Below the pieces are notes generated by a model. It made no database searches and had not been told where the DNA came from. It worked only from the letters and a program-made list of their open reading frames with translations. This document shows, piece by piece, positions 38,222 to 47,285 of a stretch of 59,083 nucleotides of DNA (positions are counted from its first letter, which is position 1; every line of letters starts with the position of its first letter). The DNA comes from Pirellulaceae bacterium (GTDB lineage: Bacteria > Planctomycetota > Planctomycetia > Pirellulales > Pirellulaceae): the NCBI GenBank assembly GCA_046583055.1, contig JAYGDH010000497.1:1-59083 (forward strand), read 5' to 3'. A program made the translations under genes and the position numbers.

Positions 38222-39304
38222 CTAGGCCAGGTCGGACGGTAAAAACGAATCAAGTAACTCGGTCTTTCCAGCTTCCCCCGCTCGTTCCTGGACGTAACGG
38301 GGAACGGCATACCCTGGCAGTTGCGATTTCAAGTGTTCCATCAGCTGTAACCCCCGCGCTACCGGGACCTCGAAGTGATGGGCACCCCGGACCGGGTCCA
38401 ACTGGTGCAGGTAGTAAGGTATCACGCGGAGATTTACCAGCTGTTGCATGAGGCTGACCAGGGTCGTTTCGTGATCGTTGATACCGCGTAGCAACACGGC
38501 CTGGTTGAGCAACGGGATGCCAGCATCGCTGATTCGTCCCAGGCTCGCTGCTACCGATTCATCGATTTCCGCGGGATGGTTGCAGTGAATCACGAAGATG
38601 GGGGTGAGACGAGTCCCGGTGAGCCAGTCCAGCAGGGCATCGTTGACCCGCTCGGGTATCATGATCGGTAAACGCGTGTGAATGCGGATCCGCTGCAGGT
38701 GCTTGATAGCTGCCAGCCGGAGAGAAAGTTCTGCCAGTTGTGAATCTACCAGGGTCAGAGGATCTCCACCGCTAAGGATAATTTCCTCAAGGGTTTCATC
38801 TTCCTCGATGGCCTGCAGGGTCGGGGTCCACTGGTCAAGTGACCGGGGTTGCTCTGAATATGGGTAGTGGCGTCGGAAGCAATAGCGGCAATGAACAGCA
38901 CAGGCGCCGGTAGCAATCATGAGCGCTCGACCCTGGTATTTGTGCAACAAGCCGGGTGCTACCTGGGCCTCCTGATCGCCGACCGGATCGGTTACAAACC
39001 CGGCGGGCGACTCGAATTCTTCCCGGAGGGGGAGGATTTGCCGCAGCAGTGGGTCGGCCGGGTCGCCACGTTTGATACGATCGACATACGGAAGTGGAGC
39101 GAAAAGAGGAAACAGCCTGGTAGCTTCCTCGGCGGCTGATATCCACGAATCGGACAATTGCAGACGCTGGCAGAGCGTGCGGGGATCGCGGATTGCTGTT
39201 TTTAAGATAGTTTGCCAGCCTACCGGGGATTCCGGCTGGATATTTGGCCGAGGGGCAGGGCGCGAGGATTTCGATCTGGCTTCGTGATCCGTCGTGGTTA
39301 CCAT
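38222..39304 (-). CDS. epmB: EF-P beta-lysylation protein EpmB (lysine 2,3-aminomutase family radical SAM)
   Basis: Contains CAVHCRYCFRRHYPY (CxxxCxxC) and the KamA-family layout. It is divergent from efp. Confidence 0.88.
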   Translation of the reverse strand: MVTTTDHEARSKSSRPAPRPNIQPESPVGWQTILKTAIRDPRTLCQRLQLSDSWISAAEEATRLFPLFAPLPYVDRIKRGDPADPLLRQILPLREEFESPAGFVTDPVGDQEAQVAPGLLHKYQGRALMIATGACAVHCRYCFRRHYPYSEQPRSLDQWTPTLQAIEEDETLEEIILSGGDPLTLVDSQLAELSLRLAAIKHLQRIRIHTRLPIMIPERVNDALLDWLTGTRLTPIFVIHCNHPAEIDESVAASLGRISDAGIPLLNQAVLLRGINDHETTLVSLMQQLVNLRVIPYYLHQLDPVRGAHHFEVPVARGLQLMEHLKSQLPGYAVPRYVQERAGEAGKTELLDSFLPSDLA

Positions 39305-39478
39305 GTCTCTCGAGTAATTACGGGTTTATTTGAATAAAACAAATCGGTACATTCGAACGAGTTCCCTGATCGATATGTGATGAGAGAACGATTTTAGATG
39401 AAGCGTCCGCTGGAAAGAAAGAGCAGATTCAGCGTGATACCATACGTTCCAGTCGTATTTTAACAGGAAAGAAACGCC

Positions 39479-40051
39479 GTGCCTTCATATAAGACCAATG
39501 ATTTCCGTAAGGGGTTGAAAGTCCAGATCGACGGAGACCCATATCTCATGATCGAGATGAATTTCGTCAAGCCAGGCAAGGGAAACGCCATGTACAAGTG
39601 CAAGTTGCGAAACCTGATTCGCAACACCGTGCTGGACCGAACCTACAAGGGTGGTGAATCCCTGGAAGCCGCCGACGTGGAAGAAATTGACACGCAGTAT
39701 CTTTACCGCCAGGGAGATACATTTGTCTTCATGGACAATTCAACTTATGACCAGTACGAATTGTCAGCCGACCAGGTGGATGATAACTGGAAGTACCTCA
39801 AGGAAAACCTGCCTGTATCCATGATCATCTACAACGGTAATCCGATTACCATGAGTCCGCCAAACCACGTGGAGCTGAAAGTCGAATACTGTGAGCCGGG
39901 AGCCAAGGGAGACACTGCGACCAATGTGACCAAGCCAGTAAAAGTGGAAACGGGTGCCGAGTTTGTTTGTCCGGCGTTCATCGACATCGGTAACGTGGTC
40001 AAGATCGACACGCGCACAGGCTCGTATGTTGAACGTGTCAGTGTCAAGTAA
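39479..40051 (+). CDS. efp: elongation factor P
   Basis: 190 aa, beginning NDFRKGLKVQIDGDPY. The KPGKGNA loop carries Lys34 (codon 39578-39580). GTG start with AGGAAAG upstream. Confidence 0.95.
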   Translation: MPSYKTNDFRKGLKVQIDGDPYLMIEMNFVKPGKGNAMYKCKLRNLIRNTVLDRTYKGGESLEAADVEEIDTQYLYRQGDTFVFMDNSTYDQYELSADQVDDNWKYLKENLPVSMIIYNGNPITMSPPNHVELKVEYCEPGAKGDTATNVTKPVKVETGAEFVCPAFIDIGNVVKIDTRTGSYVERVSVK

Positions 40052-40065
40052 AACCGGTTTACTCA

Positions 40066-41379
40066 ATGGCCTACCTTGTGGCAATCAACGGGTTGGATGT
40101 GGGACGTGTCCTGGAACTGCAGGACGGCTGGAATTCGATCGGGCGCCAACCGGATTGCCAGGTGTTCCTGCCACTGGACTCCGTCAGCCGTCACCATGCG
40201 ATGATTCGGATCGACGGTGAGCAGGCGCAGCTGGAAGATCTTAGCAGCCGCAATGGTACCCTGGTCAACGCCCGTGGCGTGCAGGAACCGGTGGAACTGG
40301 CAAACGGTGACGTGATCCAGTTCGGGCAGGTGGAGTTTCGCTTCCAGCTCCAGAAACCCGCTGGCAGTCCCCTCCCCTCCGGAACACGTGGGACGGGTCA
40401 CGAGGCCACTGAGGCAGAACAGGGCCGGTCCGATTATGGGCCGGTGGCAACCCCGGATATGTTGCGCCTGCGGGCACGGTTGCTCGGCCGCTTGCGTGCG
40501 TTCTTTGCAGCGCAAGACTTCCTGGAAGTGGAAACTCCGCTTGCCTCGGCCGACACGACCGTGGAACGTCATATCGAACCAGTCCCGGTGACCATTCATG
40601 GACGTTCACTGTGGCTCCAGACGTCCCCTGAGTTTGCGATGAAACGGTTGCTAACCAACGGTGTGCCTGCAATTTACCAGGTCACGCGGGCGTTTCGAGA
40701 TGGAGAGCTCGGCGCGCGTCATAACCCTGAATTCACGATCGTGGAATGGTACCGGACTCGAGACACGATGGAACAGGCGATGGATTTTCTCGGCAGCCTG
40801 TGCCAACACCTGCTGGCGACTCCATTGCCTCAACGACTAAGTTACCGCGAGGCGTTTCAGCAACACCTGGATTTGGATCCGTTTACTGTTACTGACCGAA
40901 TTCTTTTAAAACAGATCGCAGGGCTCGATGTCACGCCACCCGGTGATTGGCGCAACATGGATCGTGATAGCTGGCTGAACCTGCTGCTGGCCGATTTCGT
41001 GGAGCCACATCTGGGTATGGATGGTCCAACGATCCTGTATGGCTATCCACCCAGCCAGGCAGCGCTGGCGCAGGTGCGACCTGGTTCGCCTCCCGTGGCG
41101 GAGCGATTTGAACTCTATCTCAACGGTATCGAGTTGGCTAACGGTTACCACGAATTGCTGGACGCCCAGGAGTTGGTACGGCGCAGCCAGCGCAGTAACC
41201 AGCAGCGGCTGGGCGATGGAAACCAGCCCCTGCCAGAAACCAGTTATCTCTTGCAGGCCATGGAAGCCGGCTTGCCGGACTGCTGTGGCGTAGCGCTTGG
41301 TTTTGATCGTCTCGTGATGCTGGCCGCTGGCGTGGAATCGATCGAACAGGTCTTGACCTTCCCGTTTGATCGGGCGTGA
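40066..41379 (+). CDS. epmA: FHA domain fused to EF-P--(R)-beta-lysine ligase EpmA (PoxA/GenX)
   Basis: aa 1-94 show the FHA signature (IGRQPDCQVFL..SVSRHHAMI..LEDLSSRNGTLVN..GDVIQFG). aa ~130-437 are class-II aaRS-like EpmA (LEVETP, LQTSPEFAMKRLL, RAFRDGELGARHNPEFTIVEWY, ERFELYLNGIELANGYHEL, PDCCGVALGFDRLVMLA). Confidence 0.9.
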   Translation: MAYLVAINGLDVGRVLELQDGWNSIGRQPDCQVFLPLDSVSRHHAMIRIDGEQAQLEDLSSRNGTLVNARGVQEPVELANGDVIQFGQVEFRFQLQKPAGSPLPSGTRGTGHEATEAEQGRSDYGPVATPDMLRLRARLLGRLRAFFAAQDFLEVETPLASADTTVERHIEPVPVTIHGRSLWLQTSPEFAMKRLLTNGVPAIYQVTRAFRDGELGARHNPEFTIVEWYRTRDTMEQAMDFLGSLCQHLLATPLPQRLSYREAFQQHLDLDPFTVTDRILLKQIAGLDVTPPGDWRNMDRDSWLNLLLADFVEPHLGMDGPTILYGYPPSQAALAQVRPGSPPVAERFELYLNGIELANGYHELLDAQELVRRSQRSNQQRLGDGNQPLPETSYLLQAMEAGLPDCCGVALGFDRLVMLAAGVESIEQVLTFPFDRA

Positions 41380-41400
41380 ATACCAGGATCGACGCTTGTC

Positions 41401-41937
41401 CTAGCTTGTTCCGTGGTCGCGATGATAGATCATGAAACTGTAATCATAATCATTCTTTTCATCGGCCAGATGATCCTGTTGATCTTGCAGTTGCCATTCG
41501 GCGGTGGTGATTGCCGGAAAATGCGTGTCACCTGCGACGGTTGCGTGAACCTGAGTTACGTAGAGCCGCTCGACCATGGGCAGGGCCAGCTGGTAGAGCT
41601 GGCTGCCGCCAATAATAAAGGTTTCCTCGTCATCACCGGCCAGGAGACGCGCGGTTTCCAGGTCGGCAGCCGTGAGCACCCCGTCCACCGACCAGTCGGC
41701 CTGCCGTGTCAACACGATCGAGGTACGCCCCGGCAAAAGACGTCCGATGGAATCAAAGGTCTTGCGCCCCATGATGATATGATGTCCCATCGTCAAGTTC
41801 TTAAATCGCTTGAGATCTGCCGACAGGTGCCAGGGCAGCTGGCCATCCCGACCGATGACGTGGTTATCCGAGATAGCGACGATTAACGACAGTATGGAGG
41901 ATGTTCCGATATAAAGCGCCAACAGTGGCTCGGCCAA
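41401..41937 (-). CDS. folA: dihydrofolate reductase
   Basis: Contains IVAISDNHVIGRDGQLPWHL, IMGRKTFDSIG and IIGGSQLY. The start is uncertain (TTG at 41937 or a downstream TTG). It lies 5 nt after the thyA stop. Confidence 0.88.
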   Translation of the reverse strand: MAEPLLALYIGTSSILSLIVAISDNHVIGRDGQLPWHLSADLKRFKNLTMGHHIIMGRKTFDSIGRLLPGRTSIVLTRQADWSVDGVLTAADLETARLLAGDDEETFIIGGSQLYQLALPMVERLYVTQVHATVAGDTHFPAITTAEWQLQDQQDHLADEKNDYDYSFMIYHRDHGTS

Positions 41938-41942
41938 CCAGG

Positions 41943-42737
41943 CTAGACAGCGACCGGTGCACGGATGTGGGGATGCGGGTCATAGGCGTCGAGACAGAAG
42001 TCATCGAAGCTAAAATCAAAGATTGACCGGATCTCAGGATTGATATGCATGGTAGGCAGGTCGCGAGGCTCCCGGCTTAATTGCAGCTCCGTTTGTTCCA
42101 GGTGATTCTGGTAAAGGTGAGCATCGCCCAGGGTGTGGACAAAGTCACCCACTTCGAGTCCGGTGGCCTGGGCCATCATCATCGTGAGCAATGCGTAGGA
42201 CGCGATGTTGAATGGAACGCCCAGGAAAACATCCGCGCTACGTTGATACATCTGGCAGGAAAGCCGCCCCTCGGCAACATAGAACTGGAATAACAAGTGG
42301 CAGGGCGGCAACGCCATGCTGGATAGCTGTCCGACGTTCCAGGCGATGACAATCATCCGTCGTGAATCAGGCTGGCTTCGAATCTGGTCCTGTACCTGGC
42401 TGATCTGGTCGATGCAGGAACCATCGTCGGCTGCCCAGCTCCGCCACTGGTGACCGTAAACCGGACCAAGGTTTCCCTCTTCATCGGCCCATTCATCCCA
42501 GATGGAGACCCCGTTCTCTTTCAGAAAGGCCGTGTTGGTGTCACCCCGCAGGAACCAGAGTAATTCGTAGATAATTGACTTGAGATGAAGTTTCTTGGTG
42601 GTCAGTAATGGAAACCCGGCACTCAAATCAAATCGCATCTGGTGCCCGAAGATACTGCGCGTGCCCGTGCCAGTTCGATCCCCCTTGGCGACTCCCTTTT
42701 CCAGGATAGTCTCCAGTAACTGCAGGTATGATTTCAT
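41943..42737 (-). CDS. thyA: thymidylate synthase (ThyA type)
   Basis: Contains [17 protein letters not shown], the catalytic-Cys motif ALPPCH, and [18 protein letters not shown]. Confidence 0.95.
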   Translation of the reverse strand: MKSYLQLLETILEKGVAKGDRTGTGTRSIFGHQMRFDLSAGFPLLTTKKLHLKSIIYELLWFLRGDTNTAFLKENGVSIWDEWADEEGNLGPVYGHQWRSWAADDGSCIDQISQVQDQIRSQPDSRRMIVIAWNVGQLSSMALPPCHLLFQFYVAEGRLSCQMYQRSADVFLGVPFNIASYALLTMMMAQATGLEVGDFVHTLGDAHLYQNHLEQTELQLSREPRDLPTMHINPEIRSIFDFSFDDFCLDAYDPHPHIRAPVAV

Positions 42738-42755
42738 CCTTGATCCCTCTCCACG

Positions 42756-43436
42756 TCAGTTCCTGGTGGCACTCCATGTCCAGTGTCGATCCGTTGTTGC
42801 CTGCACTTCCAGTGGATCGTATCCCAGCTGATCAATCAAGCCACGAATTTCTTCCAGGCTGAGCGCCGCTCGCAGGGAATCGTCGAACATCTTCTGTTGA
42901 TTCTCATTTGCGTCGCCAGCGTAGGTCTGCACCAACTGACGTACCTGTTCGTCCGATTCGGGTCGCAACAGGTCCCGAAAGAACAGCTTTCCCAGTGGCT
43001 GCGTGACGCGAATCGCCTCGGCCAGCACGGTCCCGGGTTCCGGGATATGGTGGATGATGCTGTTGGACATGACCGCATCGAATCGATCATCCTCGTAAGG
43101 CAGTTGCTTGGCGTCAACACAGTCGAGCATGATGCGATGGGTGAGCCCGTTGATTTCCAACTGGTAGCGTGCCAGGTCCAGCATGTGTACCGCCATGTCC
43201 ACGGCCACCACGCGGCAGAGGTCACTCTGCTGGCAGAGTGCGACAGGGATCTGTGCCGTACCGGTTCCCAGGTCAAGGATTTCCCCGCCCACGTCCCCGG
43301 TTTCCAACAGGTCGGAGACGAAAACCTCGTTGACCGCATCGTGATCCATCTCGTCGTAGTCACGAGCTTCCTCGATGCTGTCCATGACTTCCGGTTCCAG
43401 GATGCGTTCCAGTGCCACGATGACGAGTTCCTTCAC
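42756..43436 (-). CDS. class I SAM-dependent methyltransferase
   Basis: Motif I is ILDLGTGTAQI, with acidic post-I VVAVDMA and DAVMSNSIIHH. It is co-directional with thyA-folA. Confidence 0.85.
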   Translation of the reverse strand: MKELVIVALERILEPEVMDSIEEARDYDEMDHDAVNEVFVSDLLETGDVGGEILDLGTGTAQIPVALCQQSDLCRVVAVDMAVHMLDLARYQLEINGLTHRIMLDCVDAKQLPYEDDRFDAVMSNSIIHHIPEPGTVLAEAIRVTQPLGKLFFRDLLRPESDEQVRQLVQTYAGDANENQQKMFDDSLRAALSLEEIRGLIDQLGYDPLEVQATTDRHWTWSATRN

Positions 43437-43450
43437 TAGCTCGAGTTTAG

Positions 43451-45082
43451 TTAATGGTCGTCGGTGGTTTCATCGACGTGTAATGGTGGCGATGGATTCG
43501 CTCGTTCCACGAAGTCCCAGGCAACCAGGATGGCGGCCATGACCAGGTACCCTCCCAGGTAGTTCCAGACGATTTGTTGATCCGAGGGTTGTAACTTGTG
43601 GATCAGGAATGTCGCATTACTGGCCAGCGGCGAATGAATGACCCCAAACAAGGTACATCCGGCGGCAATCAAGTAATAAATCGCAGCCCGCATCAACTGT
43701 CGATCGATCATCGCGGCCAGTGCGGATGCCCAGATCAGGCTGGTAATAATGAAACCGTTGGCAAGAACCCGTAGGTTCAACAAGGTTGCCTGCGTGGTAG
43801 CGCCCAGTTGCTCCGCGTTCACCGCGGGATCGGACAAGATCTGCCCCGTGAAAATCTGGACGAGATAGGCCATAGCTGGCAGGCAGGCAATGGCAATTGC
43901 TGCATAATGCTTGCGCGGCGTGGCCAGGAAACTTTGTGCCGTGATTTCCAGCCCAATGAAAACCAGGATCGGGAAAATAGCAGCCTTGGGAATAATGACA
44001 TACAGGAAACCAAAGTAGCCCAGTAACCCGGCGCTACCAATGAACAGCGCGGTTGCCAGCGAATAAGCTGCCCGACCTCCCATGGCCTTGTAAGCCGGGT
44101 GTCCGATGTAAGGCGTGGTTTGAATCACGCCACCACAAAGAGCGGCAACCAGCGTGGCCAGGGCTTCCACGCCAATCACCTTACCGGTGTTGTATTCGTC
44201 ACCCGCTGCCGCTGCACTTTCCGTGCAGTCGATTCCACCGACTACCGTTCCCAGTGCAAACGGTAGTACGACCGGTAAGTATTGCAGGGAGTCATCCAGC
44301 GCACTGATCCACTGGAATTGAAACACGTGAAACCATTGCACGGGCAACAATGCCTCGCGGGGATCGATATCGTGCTCGGGCAGCTGTACCCACCCCAGGT
44401 AAGCCATCAGGTAGTAAATGCCGCCCCCAACCAACAGGGCCGCCAGGGCCCCGGGGATACGTAACGGAAAACGGACGTGGGCAATTAGGGTCGTCAGGAT
44501 GATAGCCATGGCGGCCATGCCAGCCACCGGATAGGCAATGATTTCCATCAAGGGCATGAAAGCAATAATTACCAGTGCAATGGCGGTTAGCGAACCGAGT
44601 AGTCCGGCGCGGGGAACCACGCGGCGAATCCAGTTGGACCCGAGCGCACAAACACACTTGAATAGACCACTGATGAAGATCGAGCAAATCCCGATATGCC
44701 AGGTGTGAATCGCGGCTTGCTCAGGTGACATGCTAAGTTTAGCCGTCATAAAGGCCGGTCCCAGCACAAAGAACACCATGCCAAAGGTGCTGGGAGTATC
44801 CAGTCCTAACGGCATGGCTGTCACGCTCTGAGAACCAGTGCGCCGCGCCAACCGAAAAGCCATCCAGAAGAAGAGCAAGTCTCCCACGACCACCCCGATG
44901 GCAGTCCCTGGAACCATATGTTCGAGTGCAAATTTTGCAGGAAATGCAAAAACAACTGCTAGCAGGCTGACTGTCAACAAAAGATTGGCGACATTGTCTA
45001 ACATCAAGCCAAAAAAGGCATTAACGTCGCCTGGTGCAGCCCATTGATAGCGCGTTTTACTCACAGAGCGGTCCGTAGGCAC
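43451..45082 (-). CDS. polytopic permease, possibly NCS2/AzgA-like (xanthine/uracil permease superfamily)
   Basis: 543 aa with more than 12 hydrophobic segments. The N-terminus GDVNAFFGLMLDNVANL resembles COG2252-like permeases as I recall them. The family assignment is tentative. Confidence 0.7.
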   Translation of the reverse strand: MPTDRSVSKTRYQWAAPGDVNAFFGLMLDNVANLLLTVSLLAVVFAFPAKFALEHMVPGTAIGVVVGDLLFFWMAFRLARRTGSQSVTAMPLGLDTPSTFGMVFFVLGPAFMTAKLSMSPEQAAIHTWHIGICSIFISGLFKCVCALGSNWIRRVVPRAGLLGSLTAIALVIIAFMPLMEIIAYPVAGMAAMAIILTTLIAHVRFPLRIPGALAALLVGGGIYYLMAYLGWVQLPEHDIDPREALLPVQWFHVFQFQWISALDDSLQYLPVVLPFALGTVVGGIDCTESAAAAGDEYNTGKVIGVEALATLVAALCGGVIQTTPYIGHPAYKAMGGRAAYSLATALFIGSAGLLGYFGFLYVIIPKAAIFPILVFIGLEITAQSFLATPRKHYAAIAIACLPAMAYLVQIFTGQILSDPAVNAEQLGATTQATLLNLRVLANGFIITSLIWASALAAMIDRQLMRAAIYYLIAAGCTLFGVIHSPLASNATFLIHKLQPSDQQIVWNYLGGYLVMAAILVAWDFVERANPSPPLHVDETTDDH

Positions 45083-45235
45083 GGATTTTGCGGATCACAG
45101 AAGCTGTGAGTGTAAATGGGTCATGGAGCGCTGTCAATCATTGTGTTTTGCCGTCTTTTACGGCAAATCGCCCAGGATTCTCCCTTGGTGGGGGGTGGGG
45201 CCTGGGAGCAACTGGTTGTGTGAGACAGCTTCCCT

Positions 45236-45260
45236 GAACTTTATTCAACGGAGTTCGTAT
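45236..45260 (+). promoter_or_regulatory. candidate ECF-type promoter (GAAC-N16-CGTA)
   Basis: The sequence reads ccTGAACtttattcaacggagttCGTAtacaATG. The -10 ends 3 nt before ATG 45264, which implies either a leaderless mRNA or use of ATG 45276. Confidence 0.35.
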
Positions 45261-45263
45261 ACA

Positions 45264-45902
45264 ATGAGATGTATCATGCATAGAACACCTGGAAAACGCC
45301 CCGTTTCAGCAGCGCAGATGAGCGATGAGGAACTCTTGGTCTGCTATCGCGAAACCGGAGATCGCGATCTCTTTTCGCTGCTGGTTCAACGGTATGAACG
45401 CGAGTTATATAGTTACTTACGTAGGTACCTGGGTAGTGCTGAAATGGCAGAGGATGTTTTCCAGGCGACATTTTTGAAGATTCATTTGAAAGGTGACCAG
45501 TTTGAAGAAGGTCGCCGTTTTCGTCCCTGGCTTTATACGATCGCAACGCACCAGGCGATTGATGCACAGCGGCGCAATAAACGCCATCGAAATGTTAGCC
45601 TGGATGTCGGCAACCGTACCCAGCATGGAGACGATACGGTCAAGCTGATGGACCTGCTGATTAGCCAGGACCCAAATCCATTTGACAATGTTGCTGAAAT
45701 TGAACGAGCACAATGGGTGGAAGAGGCGTTGGACAAGCTCAGCGATCCGATGCGTAGCGTGGTGAACCTGGTTTATTACCAGGGAATGAAATATCGAGAA
45801 GCGGCAGAGGTCCTGTCGGTTCCCGTGGGGACAGTAAAAAGTCGCCTGCATGCGGCTATTTTGAAATTAAATGAAGTGTGGCACCGTACCCACGTGCTTT
45901 AA
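45264..45902 (+). CDS. RNA polymerase ECF-type sigma-70 factor
   Basis: Region 2 is AEDVFQATFLKIH, PWLYTIATHQAID. Region 4 is LVYYQGMKYREAAEVLSVPVGTVKSRLHAA. The start is ATG 45264 or 45276. The part of the track ORF before that looks non-coding. Confidence 0.88.
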   Translation: MRCIMHRTPGKRPVSAAQMSDEELLVCYRETGDRDLFSLLVQRYERELYSYLRRYLGSAEMAEDVFQATFLKIHLKGDQFEEGRRFRPWLYTIATHQAIDAQRRNKRHRNVSLDVGNRTQHGDDTVKLMDLLISQDPNPFDNVAEIERAQWVEEALDKLSDPMRSVVNLVYYQGMKYREAAEVLSVPVGTVKSRLHAAILKLNEVWHRTHVL

Positions 45903-45921
45903 CGAACAGGTTTGAGAATTC

Positions 45922-46914
45922 ATGCGTGAAAAGTTATTGGATTACCTGGTAGGTGGTTTGGATAGCCAGGAGTGCGAGCAGGTACGCAAGGCACTCCAGG
46001 AAAATCCGTTGCTGGAACAGAAATTGAAATTGCTGCAGCAGTCCTTGCAGCCGCTGGAATCTTGTCGTCATTACGAGCCGCCGGCAGATCTCAGGCAAAG
46101 GACGCTTGACCATGTCATGGAATCCGGGCAAGCGAAAGTTTCACCGGCTGGCACGGCTCGATCCATGTGGCATAGTTCCGCGAGCCATCGAGCGGCCCAG
46201 CTGGCTGGCACAGATTCCAGGTGGACGATCCTGGATGTGGTCGTGGCCGGTTCTATCCTGGTGACGGCATGCTTGCTGTTCTTTCCCCTGGTGATGAACA
46301 GTCGCTATGCCGCTCAATTGAGAGGATGCCAGCAGAATCTTCAGCAGCTCGGTCTTGCCCTGCATGAATACAGTGATCTCAACGAAGGATTTTTTCCCCA
46401 TGAGATCGGGGATAGCAAGAGCGCCGTGGCAGGAGCTTATGCCCCGGTTCTCTATAACAACCAATTCGTGAAGCAACCACGACTGTTTCTTTGTCCAGCT
46501 GTTCCGGACCAGGAGAAATGGATCGGCTGGACCCCGCCAACCGCCCGAGCCCTGGATGAGGCGACGCAACAGGAACTGGCGAGCCTGCAACGACAGATGG
46601 GTGGGACGTATGGCTATAACCTCGGCTACTGGTCCAAGGGACGATATTTTCCACCACGTAATCTGCGGCGCTCCTTTTATCCCATCATGGCAGATGTTCC
46701 CAGTCCCATGCTGTTGGGACGTCGCAGTAGCAATCATGCAGGAAATGGCCAGAACGTGCTCTTTGAAGATGGCCATGTGCAATACCTGTCCGACTCGCAA
46801 ATCAGTCCTCGCAAGGATGCCATTTTTTATAGTGATCGTGGCCGAGTAGAACCCGGGCGCCATCGCTACGATGCGGTGATTGGTGAAAGCGACCATCACC
46901 TGCAGAATCAATAG
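45922..46914 (+). CDS. putative anti-sigma factor: cytoplasmic N-domain, TM segment, then a DUF1559 / H-X9-DG pseudopilin-like extracytoplasmic domain
   Basis: It starts 19 nt after the sigma stop. The N-terminus LLDYLVGGLDSQECEQVRKALQENPLL is anti-sigma-like. aa 101-150 (WTILDVVVAGSILV..AQLRGCQQNLQQLGLALHEY) mimic a prepilin N-terminus plus the DUF1559 start. The C-terminus SNHAGNGQNVLFEDGHVQYL is H-X9-DG-like. Confidence 0.8.
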   Translation: MREKLLDYLVGGLDSQECEQVRKALQENPLLEQKLKLLQQSLQPLESCRHYEPPADLRQRTLDHVMESGQAKVSPAGTARSMWHSSASHRAAQLAGTDSRWTILDVVVAGSILVTACLLFFPLVMNSRYAAQLRGCQQNLQQLGLALHEYSDLNEGFFPHEIGDSKSAVAGAYAPVLYNNQFVKQPRLFLCPAVPDQEKWIGWTPPTARALDEATQQELASLQRQMGGTYGYNLGYWSKGRYFPPRNLRRSFYPIMADVPSPMLLGRRSSNHAGNGQNVLFEDGHVQYLSDSQISPRKDAIFYSDRGRVEPGRHRYDAVIGESDHHLQNQ

Positions 46915-46928
46915 GTCGGTGATTAGCT

Positions 46929-46960
46929 AGCATCCCCCAGGTGGCGTGATGCTTTTCTTC
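46929..46960 (+). terminator. weak terminator candidate
   Basis: agcatc-(13 nt)-gatgct followed by TTTTCTT. The stem is only 6 bp. Confidence 0.3.
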
Positions 46961-47285
46961 ATGGCAGCGAGGCTTGAAGTTCTGGGTCTGGTGGTTTCTT
47001 CAAGGCTCATTCGCCTTTCCTGACTTTGCTAGCAGAAAGCTGTGTAAGTCCAGTTCTCGTGGCTTAATCCGCTGTTGCTTTGGAGACCTGTTTGTTGGTA
47101 CTCTCTGCCCGCGCCGATGGGATGCGCGGAGGTTCTTTCGCGTGTTCAGGGCGTGTTGATTGATGGCAGGAGTCTTGCCGTTCAGGTTGTGTGTATCGGT
47201 TCTACGCAACGTCGTTGGACGGGTTGTTGTGTGTCAGAAGATGTTTTCTTGAGAAGCTTTCCTTATTTTATTAGCCCGTGAGGTC

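Noticed and set aside
40063-40599. 178-aa minus-strand ORF overlapping the FHA part of epmA
   Set aside because: The plus-strand frame gives a canonical FHA signature continuous with EpmA. The antisense product is Cys/Arg/His-rich with no features.
42783-43439. 218-aa plus-strand ORF (and a 175-aa ORF in a third frame) covering the same span as the SAM methyltransferase gene
   Set aside because: The minus-strand product has clear class I MTase motifs (ILDLGTGTA). The antisense translation has none. I treat both extra ORFs as shadow ORFs.
46141-46911. 256-aa minus-strand ORF
   Set aside because: It is antisense to the DUF1559-type gene, which has recognisable family motifs and sigma-factor coupling. 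It has no start context.
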